Positions 10,251 through 20,258 of a stretch of DNA of 64,000 nt are shown one piece after another. Source of the stretch: Microcoleus sp. (GTDB lineage Bacteria > Cyanobacteriota > Cyanobacteriia > Cyanobacteriales > Microcoleaceae); assembly GCA_052279835.1 (NCBI GenBank), contig CP181291.1, forward strand, positions 4,672,001-4,736,000, in the 5' to 3' direction. Position numbers and translations under genes: made by a program. Position 1 is the stretch's first letter. Every line of letters starts with the position of its first letter. Under the pieces are notes generated by a model. It worked only from the letters and a program-made list of their open reading frames with translations, was not told the DNA's origin and did not search any database.

Positions 10251-13200
10251 ATGAGTGAAATTGGGGACGATCGACACCAACTCAAGATTTCTGAAGCAGC
10301 AGAAGTGTTCGTATTTCCGGCATCTTTTGCCCAGCAGCGGTTGTGGTTTCTCGACCAATTATCGCCGAATAATCCTTTTTACAACGTGACAACTGCACTG
10401 CGCTTGACTGGTGCCCTCGATCGAGATTGTCTGGAAAGGGCGATCGGGGAAATTGTGCACAGACATGAAGTTTTGCGGACGACTTTTGCAGCGGTAGACG
10501 GGCAGCCGATACAAGTAATTTCTCCCACTTGCAAGTTTGTTTTAAATATAGCTGATTTGCGAACACTGCACCCAGAAATACGGGAAGTAGAAGCTATTAA
10601 ATTAGCTCAATTAGAGGCGGAAATACCTTTTGATTTATCGGTGTCACCGCTGCTGCGAGCGGTGCTGATTTGTTTGTCGGAAACCGAGCATATTATATCA
10701 ATAAATATGCACCATATTGTAGCGGATGATTGGTCGATCGGAGTGTTGATTCGAGAACTGGGAATTATCTATACAGCCTTGATTGGCGATCGACCTTCGC
10801 CACTGCCGAAATTGCCGCTGCAATATGCCGATTTTTCGGAATGGCAGCGCCAATGTTTGCAGGGGGAAGTATTAGAAAATCAGTTGGTTTATTGGCGGCA
10901 GCAGTTGGCGGGTATTCAGCCGCTGAATTTGCCAGTCGATCGACCTAAATTAGCCGCCCAAAGCTACCGGGGTGCTACGGAATTTTTTGAGCTAGCGCCA
11001 CACCTGGGCAGCGAATTGAAAGGGCTGGCCCAGCGAGAAGGTGCGACTTTGTTTATGACTTTGCTAGCAGCATTTCAGGTTTTGCTGTCGCGGTATTCGC
11101 AGCAGTCGGATATTGCTGTCGGCAGTCCGATCGCCAACCGCAACCGCAGCGAAATTGAAGGGTTAATCGGTTTTTTTGTCAATACTTTAGTGCTGCGAAG
11201 TGACTTATCGGGAAACCCGACTTTTCGAGAATTTTTAAACCGAGTTCGGGAAGTAACGATGTCGGCTTACGCCAGCCAAGATGTGCCTTTCGAGCAACTG
11301 GTGGAGGAATTGCAGCCGCAGCGTTATTTGCATCAAAATCCGCTGTTTCAGGTGGTATTCAGCCTGCAAAATGCGCCTTTGCAGCCTCTACAATTGCCTG
11401 GGTTGAAGTTGAGTTATGTCAATTTGGAAGTGAAAACGGCGCGTTTTGATTTGGAATTGCACTTGTGGGATGCTGCGGATAGTTTCAGGAATTTCTACGG
11501 GAAAGATTGGCAGTATGCTGACAGTCTCAGAGGGGCGGCTATCTACAACACCGATTTGTTCGATCGAGCCACAATTAGCAGGATGTTGGAACATTTTAAG
11601 ATGCTTTTGTCAAGCATTGTTGCTAACCCAGAACAGCGAATTGCTAACTTGCTGTTATTGAACCCAGCCCAACGGCAGCGGCTGTTAGTTGAATGGAACA
11701 ATACTCGCAGGGATTATCCGAGAAATAAATGCGTCCATGAGTTATTTGAGGAGATAGTCGATCGCCATTCCAGCGATATCGCCCTCAGTGGTGCAGGGCA
11801 ACAATTTACTTATGGAGAACTCAACTATCGCAGCAATCAACTAGCACATTATTTGCGAAAATTGGGGGTGAATGCGGGGGTTTTGGTGGGGCTGTGCGCG
11901 GCACGATCGCCCGATACGGTTGTCGGTATGTTGGCGATTTTGAAAGCTGGGGGAGCTTACTTGCCTTTAGACCCGACTTATCCAGGCGATCTCCTCAATT
12001 TTATGTTAGCAGATGCTGGAGTTAATGTATTGCTGGTAGAGTCAAAGTTGGCGGCTCAGTTTGCAGAATTTCAGGGGGCGATTGTTAATTTGGGCGATCG
12101 GGAAATTCTCGCCACCAAAAGCGCGGAAAATCTCGCCAACACTACCACCTCAGATAATCTAGCTTACGTTATTTATACATCCGGTTCTACCGGCAAACCC
12201 AAAGGTGTTGCCGTTTCGCACAAAGCTGTAAATCGGCTGGTTATCAATACAAATTACGTTAATTTATCACCTTCAGATAAGGTGGCTCAAGTCTCAAACA
12301 CTTCATTTGATGCAGCTACCTTCGAGATTTGGGGAGCTTTGCTCAACGGCTCTGGGTTGGTGATAATTAATACAGAAACTATGCTAGAGCCGCGCGAGTT
12401 TGCCGCCGAAATTCGCCGACAAGGAATTACTGTTTTGTTCTTAACTACTGCCTTGTTCCACAAAACTGTTGGCAGCGTTCCGCAAGCATTTGATTCGCTG
12501 ACATATCTGCTATTTGGAGGAGAAGTTGCCGATCCCAAATGCGTGCGAGAAGTTCTCAAACAAGGGTCGCCCAAACATTTAATTCACGTTTACGGCCCGA
12601 CTGAGAATACCAGTTTTTCTACTTTTTACTGCGTGGTAGATGTACCGGAAGCCGCAGTGTCAGTGCCGATCGGCAAACCCATCGCCAACACGCAGATTTA
12701 CCTATTGGATAGCGATTTGCAGCCAGTGCCGATCGGCATTCCGGGCGAACTGTACCTGGGCGGCGACGGACTGGCCCAGGGCTATCTCAACCGTCCCGAT
12801 TTAACAGCAGAAAAATTTATTCCCAATCCTTTTACTACCAATTCTGAGTTAGGAGAATCTACTAATTTAAAATTTTATAAAACTGGCGATTTAGCCCGCT
12901 ATCTTCCCGATGGAAATATCGAATTTTTAGGGCGCATTGACAGTCAGGTAAAGATGCGCGGATACCGCATCGAGTTGGGAGAAATTGAAGCAGTGCTGAA
13001 GCAGTATCCGGGAGTGAAAGCTGCGGCGGTAATTGTGCGGGAAGATGTGCCGGGAGACAGGTATTTAGCTGCTTATGTGGTGGTTGAGGGGATTAATTAC
13101 AAACTGCGATCGCCTAATTTGCGGAAATTTTTGCAACAGAAACTGCCGGGGTATATGGTGCCAAAAACTTGGACGGTGCTGGAATCCCTGCCGCTGACTC

Positions 13201-13565
13201 CTAACGGCAAAGTCGATCGCGCGGTGTTACTGAAGATAGATGCAGAAACGGGCGATATTCCAGCAAATTATGTAGCGCCTCGGACAGAAGTAGAACAAGT
13301 GCTGACTAAAATTTGGGCTCAAGTTTTGGGAAAAAAGCAAGTAAGTGTGGGTGATAATTTTTTTGAATTGGGCGGGCATTCGCTGCTAGCAACTCAGTTA
13401 ATTTCCCGCATTAGAGATGCTTTTAAAATCGAATTGTCTGTCAGAAATTTGTTTGAGACACCGACGGTGGAGAGTCTGGCAAAATATATTGAGACTGTGT
13501 GTTGGGCGACGAAAAGTCAACAAATTTCACAGCCGACAGATGTGAGAGAAGATTTGGAATTTTGA
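10251..13565 (+). CDS. NRPS module 1: C-A-T (A predicted Ile/Val)
   Basis: SFAQQRLWFL, HHIVADDWS, YTSGSTGKPKG, YGPTE, GGHSL; pocket read by eye DAFFLGVSFK. Confidence 0.93.
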   Translation: MSEIGDDRHQLKISEAAEVFVFPASFAQQRLWFLDQLSPNNPFYNVTTALRLTGALDRDCLERAIGEIVHRHEVLRTTFAAVDGQPIQVISPTCKFVLNIADLRTLHPEIREVEAIKLAQLEAEIPFDLSVSPLLRAVLICLSETEHIISINMHHIVADDWSIGVLIRELGIIYTALIGDRPSPLPKLPLQYADFSEWQRQCLQGEVLENQLVYWRQQLAGIQPLNLPVDRPKLAAQSYRGATEFFELAPHLGSELKGLAQREGATLFMTLLAAFQVLLSRYSQQSDIAVGSPIANRNRSEIEGLIGFFVNTLVLRSDLSGNPTFREFLNRVREVTMSAYASQDVPFEQLVEELQPQRYLHQNPLFQVVFSLQNAPLQPLQLPGLKLSYVNLEVKTARFDLELHLWDAADSFRNFYGKDWQYADSLRGAAIYNTDLFDRATISRMLEHFKMLLSSIVANPEQRIANLLLLNPAQRQRLLVEWNNTRRDYPRNKCVHELFEEIVDRHSSDIALSGAGQQFTYGELNYRSNQLAHYLRKLGVNAGVLVGLCAARSPDTVVGMLAILKAGGAYLPLDPTYPGDLLNFMLADAGVNVLLVESKLAAQFAEFQGAIVNLGDREILATKSAENLANTTTSDNLAYVIYTSGSTGKPKGVAVSHKAVNRLVINTNYVNLSPSDKVAQVSNTSFDAATFEIWGALLNGSGLVIINTETMLEPREFAAEIRRQGITVLFLTTALFHKTVGSVPQAFDSLTYLLFGGEVADPKCVREVLKQGSPKHLIHVYGPTENTSFSTFYCVVDVPEAAVSVPIGKPIANTQIYLLDSDLQPVPIGIPGELYLGGDGLAQGYLNRPDLTAEKFIPNPFTTNSELGESTNLKFYKTGDLARYLPDGNIEFLGRIDSQVKMRGYRIELGEIEAVLKQYPGVKAAAVIVREDVPGDRYLAAYVVVEGINYKLRSPNLRKFLQQKLPGYMVPKTWTVLESLPLTPNGKVDRAVLLKIDAETGDIPANYVAPRTEVEQVLTKIWAQVLGKKQVSVGDNFFELGGHSLLATQLISRIRDAFKIELSVRNLFETPTVESLAKYIETVCWATKSQQISQPTDVREDLEF

Positions 13566-13758
13566 GCGGACACACCGATTATTTGCTGTATTTTGCGTTT
13601 GATGAGCTGTTATATCAATTCCGGTTGTATCGTCAGGTGATTTAACCGCGAAGGCGCTCATGACGCGAAGGGAGATAAGAGAGATGAATACAGGACGATG
13701 GCTAGGATCGTAATATCACCCCGTCACCTCCTCAGCCCGTGAAGTTGGTAGCGAAAAG

Positions 13759-14868
13759 TCACGATCGCGCCACGCAAAAAGCCCTGACAACTTCCGCAAA
13801 CTGCTGGTTTTTTTCCATCAGTGCCATGTGTCCTCCCGGCTTTAAAGCAATCAGTTCTGCTTGAGGCAATTCTGCTTTCATTCGCTGGCTGGCAGCGGGG
13901 AGAGTAACAATATCTGAATTGCCGCAGATAACTAGCACTGGAACGGTAATTGTGGGCAAAGTTTTTGTTTCATCGTATTTGAACATTGCCAGGGTGCCAA
14001 GGGCGAGAACGCGGGGGGAACCCAAGGCTGATAAGAATGCTGAAAAGTCTAATTGACCGCGAGTTTCTGTACCTTTAAAGCCGGATATTTCTACGCTGAG
14101 GTATAGCGAACCGTTGAGGTAACTCTGCCAAGTCATCAGCCAAAAAATCGGGGAAAGAATCGTGGCGATGTGCAATATCGGTTCGAGCAAAGGCTTTTGC
14201 AAAGCTCGCAACAAGCCGCTAAACATGCAGGTTTGTAGGGGATTTGTATAAGTGGTATCTACTAAGATTAAACCCGCTACTCGGGAGCCGAGATGTTCTG
14301 GGAACAGGCGACAAAATGTTAGGGAAATCATGCCTCCCATGCTGTGTCCGAGCAGGAAAACTGGTTTGTCTCCGGCTAGGGCAACGACGGCTTCGAGGTC
14401 GCGGGCAAGTTTTTCTAAGGAGTAATCGCTGTTTTTCGGTCGAGTGGATTTTCCCAGGCCTGGCAAGTCCCAAACTATCACTCGAAATCGATCGCTCAAT
14501 TGCTTTTTTGCGTAATACCAAACCATACTGTTTGGCCCCCAACCGTGCGATAAAATAATCGGCTGTCCGTCTTCCGGGCCGTAGAATTCTACTTGTAAAA
14601 CAGTGCCATCTGGTCTTTTTAACCGCTGCACCATACCCGTCCGCGTTGGCTTCGGTTCGTCAGATCCGGGGCGGCGAAACAGAGTCAAGCTCATAAAACG
14701 GCCGCCAAAAGACCAAATAACAATTAATATTCCGCTAACTAAATAGGACGTTGCTATAAGTTCGCCGATGTACAATTCGTAAAGAATGTAGATACCTCCG
14801 CCCAGTATTCCGAAGGACAGCAGTCCCATCAGCCCTAGGAGCAGGAAATTGATTGGCATGAACGGCAT
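13759..14868 (-). CDS. Membrane-anchored alpha/beta hydrolase
   Basis: Two N-terminal TM segments, HGWG, GHSMGG nucleophile elbow, C-terminal GGH. Confidence 0.85.
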   Translation of the reverse strand: MPFMPINFLLLGLMGLLSFGILGGGIYILYELYIGELIATSYLVSGILIVIWSFGGRFMSLTLFRRPGSDEPKPTRTGMVQRLKRPDGTVLQVEFYGPEDGQPIILSHGWGPNSMVWYYAKKQLSDRFRVIVWDLPGLGKSTRPKNSDYSLEKLARDLEAVVALAGDKPVFLLGHSMGGMISLTFCRLFPEHLGSRVAGLILVDTTYTNPLQTCMFSGLLRALQKPLLEPILHIATILSPIFWLMTWQSYLNGSLYLSVEISGFKGTETRGQLDFSAFLSALGSPRVLALGTLAMFKYDETKTLPTITVPVLVICGNSDIVTLPAASQRMKAELPQAELIALKPGGHMALMEKNQQFAEVVRAFCVARS

Positions 14869-15012
14869 AAGCTGAAACCTTGCGAGCGAATTTTGGTTGC
14901 TTGGTCTAACAATATCATACTTAAGTTATATTCAAATTGGCCTAAAGTGAGATAAACTTTGATATCTAATCTGATTAATTCCACGTTATATTTTTAGGGA
15001 CACCGCAGTGCC

Positions 15013-15233
15013 TATTAGTGTCAACTTAAGTCTGAAAAACTTTATGTATCTCTTGTTTATAGCCGAGTCTAGATCCCCCCTAACCCCCCTTAATAAGGGG
15101 GGGACAAGAAATATTATCTTTCGTCCCGCTTCCCCCCTTGGGGGGGTAGGGGAAGGTGGGGATTTAGAGGGGGATTGAGACTTCGATACAAACGAGAGAG
15201 ACAGAGAGTTTTAGTCTGAAGTTGATACCAATG
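15013..15233. mobile_element. MITE with degenerate CATTGGTGTCAACTTAAG-type TIRs, inserted in a REP-like palindrome
   Basis: TATTAGTGTCAACTTAAG ... CTGAAGTTGATACCAATG; same end family as 57737-57942. Confidence 0.7.
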
Positions 15234-15346
15234 GGTAGCGCCGTGTTCTTAAGCGTAGCGCGTTAATTTAACCTGATTGAGTATGATTAATATAATAAAA
15301 ACAATTATTTTATTAATTTGCCAACGCGATCGCAGGATAACTGAAA

Positions 15347-18300
15347 ATGCCAGAGCCAGAAATGTCCAGTTTACCGTCACAAGTCGGAGATTCCGTCAGT
15401 GGGTTGGTTGATTTTTTATCTCGCCTCCGCAGTCTGGATATCAATGTGTTTATTGATGGCAAAATCCTGCGCTGCAATGCTCCTGAAGGAGTTTTGAATG
15501 CGGATATACGGGCAGAAATTTTTAATAGAAAAGACGAAATAATTGCTTTTTTAAAGGCTGCTAATTCTACTAATGCCAACATCGTGCCTGTTTCGCGGGA
15601 AGGAATTTTAGCGCTTTCTTTTGCACAGCAGCGGCTGTGGTTTATGGATAAATTAGTGCCGAACAATCCGTTTTATAATGTTCCGGCGGCGGTGCTGATG
15701 ACGGGGGCGATCGATTTTGCGGCACTGCAACAAAGTTTTAATGAAATTGTCCGCCGTCATGAAGCTTTGCGGACGATTTTTGTGGCGGTAAATGGACAGC
15801 CAGTTCAAAAGATAGTGGCTGCTTTTGATGTGCCGATCGCCCTTTTGGATTTGTGCAATTGGCCGCCAGCCAAACGAGACGTTGAGGCCGATCGGTTGAT
15901 GACTCAGGAGGCTCAGCGGCCTTTTAATTTGGCGACGGGGTCCGCTACTGCGCGTGACTTTATTGCAGTTGAGTGAAGCCGAATATTTGCTGATGCTGAA
16001 TATGCACCACATTGTGTCTGATGGGTGGTCGATCGGGGTGCTGATTCGGGAATTGGGGGTGCTTTATCCGGCTTTTTCTAGTCAAAAACCTTCGCCTTTA
16101 CGGGAATTATCTATTCAGTATGCTGATTTTGCACGGTGGCAGCGCGATCGGCTGCAAGGGGATGTTTTAGAAGCTCAGTTGGCTTATTGGCGGCGGCAGT
16201 TAGATGGTGTTTCGATGTTGAACTTGCCAACGGATCGCCCGCGGCCTGCAATTCAAAGTTACCGGGGAAAACGGCTGTTTTTGCAACTGCCAAAACAATT
16301 GAGCGAGGGTTTAGAAACTTTGAGCCAGCGCGAAGAAGTAACGTTATTTATGACAATGTTAGCGGCTTTTCAAACGCTGCTTTTTCGCTATTGGCAGCAG
16401 TCAGATATTGCAGTGGGAACTCCGATCGCCAATCGTAACCGCAGTGAAATTGAAGCATTAATTGGATTTTTTGTCAACAGTTTGGTGCTGCGAACTGACT
16501 TATCAGGAAACCCAAGTTTTCGGGAACTTTTACACAGGGTAAAAGAAGTCGCCTTGGGAGCTTACGCCCACCAAGATGTGCCGTTTGAAAAGCTGGTGGA
16601 GGAACTGCATCCCGATCGCGCTTTGAATCAAAATCCCCTATTTCAGGTGGTGTTTGCGCTGCAAAACGCCCCGGCGGACCAGTTAAAATTGCCGGGATTG
16701 ACGCTAAGGCCACAGCAGTTGGATGCGGGGACGGCTCGGTTCGATTTGGAGTTTCATTTGTGGGAGCGATCGCCCGATAATAAACTGTGGGTTGATTGTG
16801 CCGATGGCATTAGCGGTTTTGTAATTTACAGCGCGTATTTGTTTGATGAAGCTACCATTGTGCGGATGCTGGAGCATTTTGAAACCCTGCTCTCAAGTAT
16901 TGTTGCCAACCCCGATGGTCAGATTGCGAATTTAGAAATTCTGACGGCAACTGAACGAGAGTTACTGTTAGTTGAATACAATAACAATCAGGTAAATTAT
17001 CCCCAGGATTTAGGCGTTCACCAGTTATTTGAACTTCAAGCCCAGCGCACTCCCGATGCGGTAGCTTTGGTATTTGGAGAACAACAGATTTCCTATCAAG
17101 AGCTAAATAGCCGCAGCAACAAATTAGCCAGTTACTTGCAAAAAATGGGGGTGGGTGCGGAAGTTTTGGTGGGGATTTGCCTAGAGCGCTCCATCGAGGC
17201 AATTATCGGGATGCTGGGCATTTTGAAAGCGGGAGGAGCTTATTTACCTTTAGATCCGACTTATCCGCGCGATCGCTTGAATTTGATGTTAGCAGATGGG
17301 CGCGTGCCGGTAGTGCTTACCCGCCGGGAGTTTGAACTCGAAGCTAATCGCGAGATTAGTGAAAGCGGAGAAATTTACAATCCGATTTTGGTTTATTTGG
17401 ATCGGATTTGGGAAATTGTCGAGCGAGAAAATCCCGATAATCCGACAGCCCCAGTTGCAGCCGCAAATCTGGCTTGTGTCATCTATACATCCGGTTCCAG
17501 TGGCAAGCCAAAAGGAGTGCAAATCGAGCACCGCAACTTGTTAAATTTGATTTTTTGGCATCAGCAAGAGTTTGCAATTTCAGCGGGCGATCGCACATCG
17601 CAAATTGCCGGCATTGCTTTCGATGCTTTCGGTTGGGAAATCTGGCCCGCTTTGGCAGCAGGTGCTAGCATTTACTTGGCTGAGGATGAAATTAGAATCT
17701 CGCCCGATCGCCTCCGGGAATGGCTGCTATCAAATCAAATCACTGTTAGCTTTGTGCCGACACCTGTAGCCGAACAACTTTTGCTTTTAGATTGGCCGCT
17801 GAATTCTGCGCTGCGAATTTTGCTAACAGGAGGCGACAAACTCCGCCAGTATCCGTCAGCCAAGCATCCTTTTCAAGTAGTGAATAATTACGGTCCGACT
17901 GAGAACACGGTTGTGGCAACTTCTGGTATAATTCCGGTTAGGGAGGAGGCAGATACAGCACCGGCGATCGGACGGGCGATCGCCAACGTTCAAGTGTATG
18001 TATTGGACCAGTATTTGCACCCCGTACCTGTTGGCGTTGCTGGCGAATTGTACCTCGGTGGCTGCGGAGTTGCTAGGGGCTATCTCAACAGGCCAGAATT
18101 AACTGAAGAAAAATTTATTCCCAATCCTTTTGCTGTCAACTCTGAGCTACAAGCACCAATAAAACCTTCCCAACTATACAAAACAGGCGATTTAGTTCGC
18201 TACCGCAAGGATGGCAATCTGGAGTTTTTAGGCAGGTGCGACGAACAAGTGAAAATTCGGGGTTTCCGCATCGAATTAGGAGAAATTGAATCAGTATTGG

Positions 18301-20228
18301 CTCAGCATCCAGCGGTGCTGCAAACTGTAGTGACAGCTTGCCCCGATGGGAAGGGAGAAAAACATTTAGTGGCTTATATTGCCTTGAATCCTGAATGTAA
18401 TATCGCCGAAACAACCGAAATTCAGCAATTGCAGGCGGAGCAAGTTTTGCAGTGGCAAATGCTGTACGGTGAAACTTACAAACAACCTGCGATCGACACA
18501 GATCCAACTTTTAATATTACAGGCTGGAATAGCAGTTACACCGGGGAACCCATCCCCCCGGAACAAGTCCGCCAGTGGGCGCACAATCAAGCCGCCCAAA
18601 TTTTGAAATTGCAACCGGATCGAGTATTAGAAATCGGTTGCGGTACGGGTTTGTTGCTGTTCCAAATTGCCCCGCACTGCACCCAGTATTGCGGCACGGA
18701 CTTTTCCCCGCAGTCGATCGATTATATTCAGCAGCATTTGGGCGATCGCGACTTGGCGAATGTAACGCTGCTGCACAAAATGGCCTCGGACTTTGAGGGC
18801 ATAGAAACAGCAGCATTTGATGCCATAATTCTCAATTCTGTAGTCCAGTATTTTCCGAGCATTGACTATCTTTTGCAAGTGATTGAAGGTGCTGTCAAAG
18901 CCACCATTCCCGGTGGCTCTATTTTCATCGGCGACGTGCGGAGTTTGCCTTTATTGACAGCATTTCATACAGCAGTGGAGTTGTATCGCTCGCCCCCTGC
19001 TACAACTGTCCAACAGTTGCAGCAGCGAGTACAAATGCAGATTTTTCAAGAAACAGAATTAGTCATTGAACCGGATTTTTTCAAAGCATTAAAACACCGA
19101 TTTCCGCAAATCGAGGGCGTAGAAATTGAACTGCTTCGGGGCGAATTTCACAATGAGTTAACTCAGTTTCGTTATAATGCAATTCTGCATTTTGCCAGTG
19201 AAATCGAACCCCCCAACTCCCCTGACGAAGGGGGGATATTTGGGGGCAACCACGGGGGGATTGCCCCTACGGAAAACCAGAATTTGGTAGGGGCAGTGCC
19301 CCCGTGCCCGCCCCGCCCCACCCACGGGGATTTTCAAACGGAAGATTTGACGGAGGCCAAAGTGCGCCAGATTTTAGTGGAAAATCAACCGGATATTTTC
19401 AGGATTTCCCACGTACCAAACCCGCGAGTTGCAGCAGCGGTTCAGGCGGCCGAATGGCTGTCAAATTCAGAGAAATTTAAAACAGTATTTCAGTTGCAAA
19501 AAGCTTTGCAACAACTTCCCAATTTAGGAATTGAACCGGAAATATGGTATGCTTTAGATGTACCCTATACTGTTCATATTAGCTGGTCTAATCCTAGCAA
19601 TAAAGGCTGTTACGATGTTGTGTTTGTGCGGGGAGAGGCGAGAGATTTTGAACTAGCAGAAACCTTCACTCGCCCGCGCCCGTGGCACTCTTATGCTAAC
19701 AATCCCCTGCAAGCGAAAGCGGCGCGCAAATTGGTGCCACAATTGCAAGCTTACCTCGCAGCTAAACTGCCAGAATATATGGTACCCGCGGCTTTTGCGG
19801 TGCTGGAATCACTGCCACTGACACCGAATGGAAAGGTCGATCGCCGAGCTTTGCCCGCACCGGAACTTGTTAAGTTAGAATCGGTTGGAAGTTATGCCGC
19901 ACCCCAAACTCCCACTGAGGAAGTTTTAGCGAGAATTTGGATGGAAGTTTTGGGGATAAAGCGAGTGGGAATTAGGGATAATTTCTTTGAATTGGGCGGC
20001 CATTCGCTGTTAGCAACTCAGCTTGTTTCTAGAGTGCGCGATGCTTGCGGGGTGGAGTTGCCTTTGCGCTGCGTGTTTGAAGCGCCGACTATTGCAGGAT
20101 TGTCTGAATTTGTCGCTCGTTTGAAACAGAATAATTCTCAAATTAAAGGTCCGGCTTTAGTACCAGTTTCCCGCGATAATCGCCGCGTGAAGCTGTCATC
20201 GCTGAACATAGAAAGTAAAGAAAAGTAA
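15347..20228 (+). CDS. NRPS module 2: N-terminal docking domain-C-A-N-methyltransferase-T (predicted N-Me-Leu); one probable sequencing frameshift
   Basis: ORFs 15347-15976 and 15954-20228 join as ATGPLLRVTLLQL if one G of GGGG 15937-15940 is removed; HHIVSDGWS; pocket DAWFLGNVVK; VLEIGCGTG and LNSVVQYFPS N-MT motifs; GGHSL. Confidence 0.9.
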
Positions 20229-20258
20229 GCGCGATAGCTTATGCTTGCTGTAGACTGA

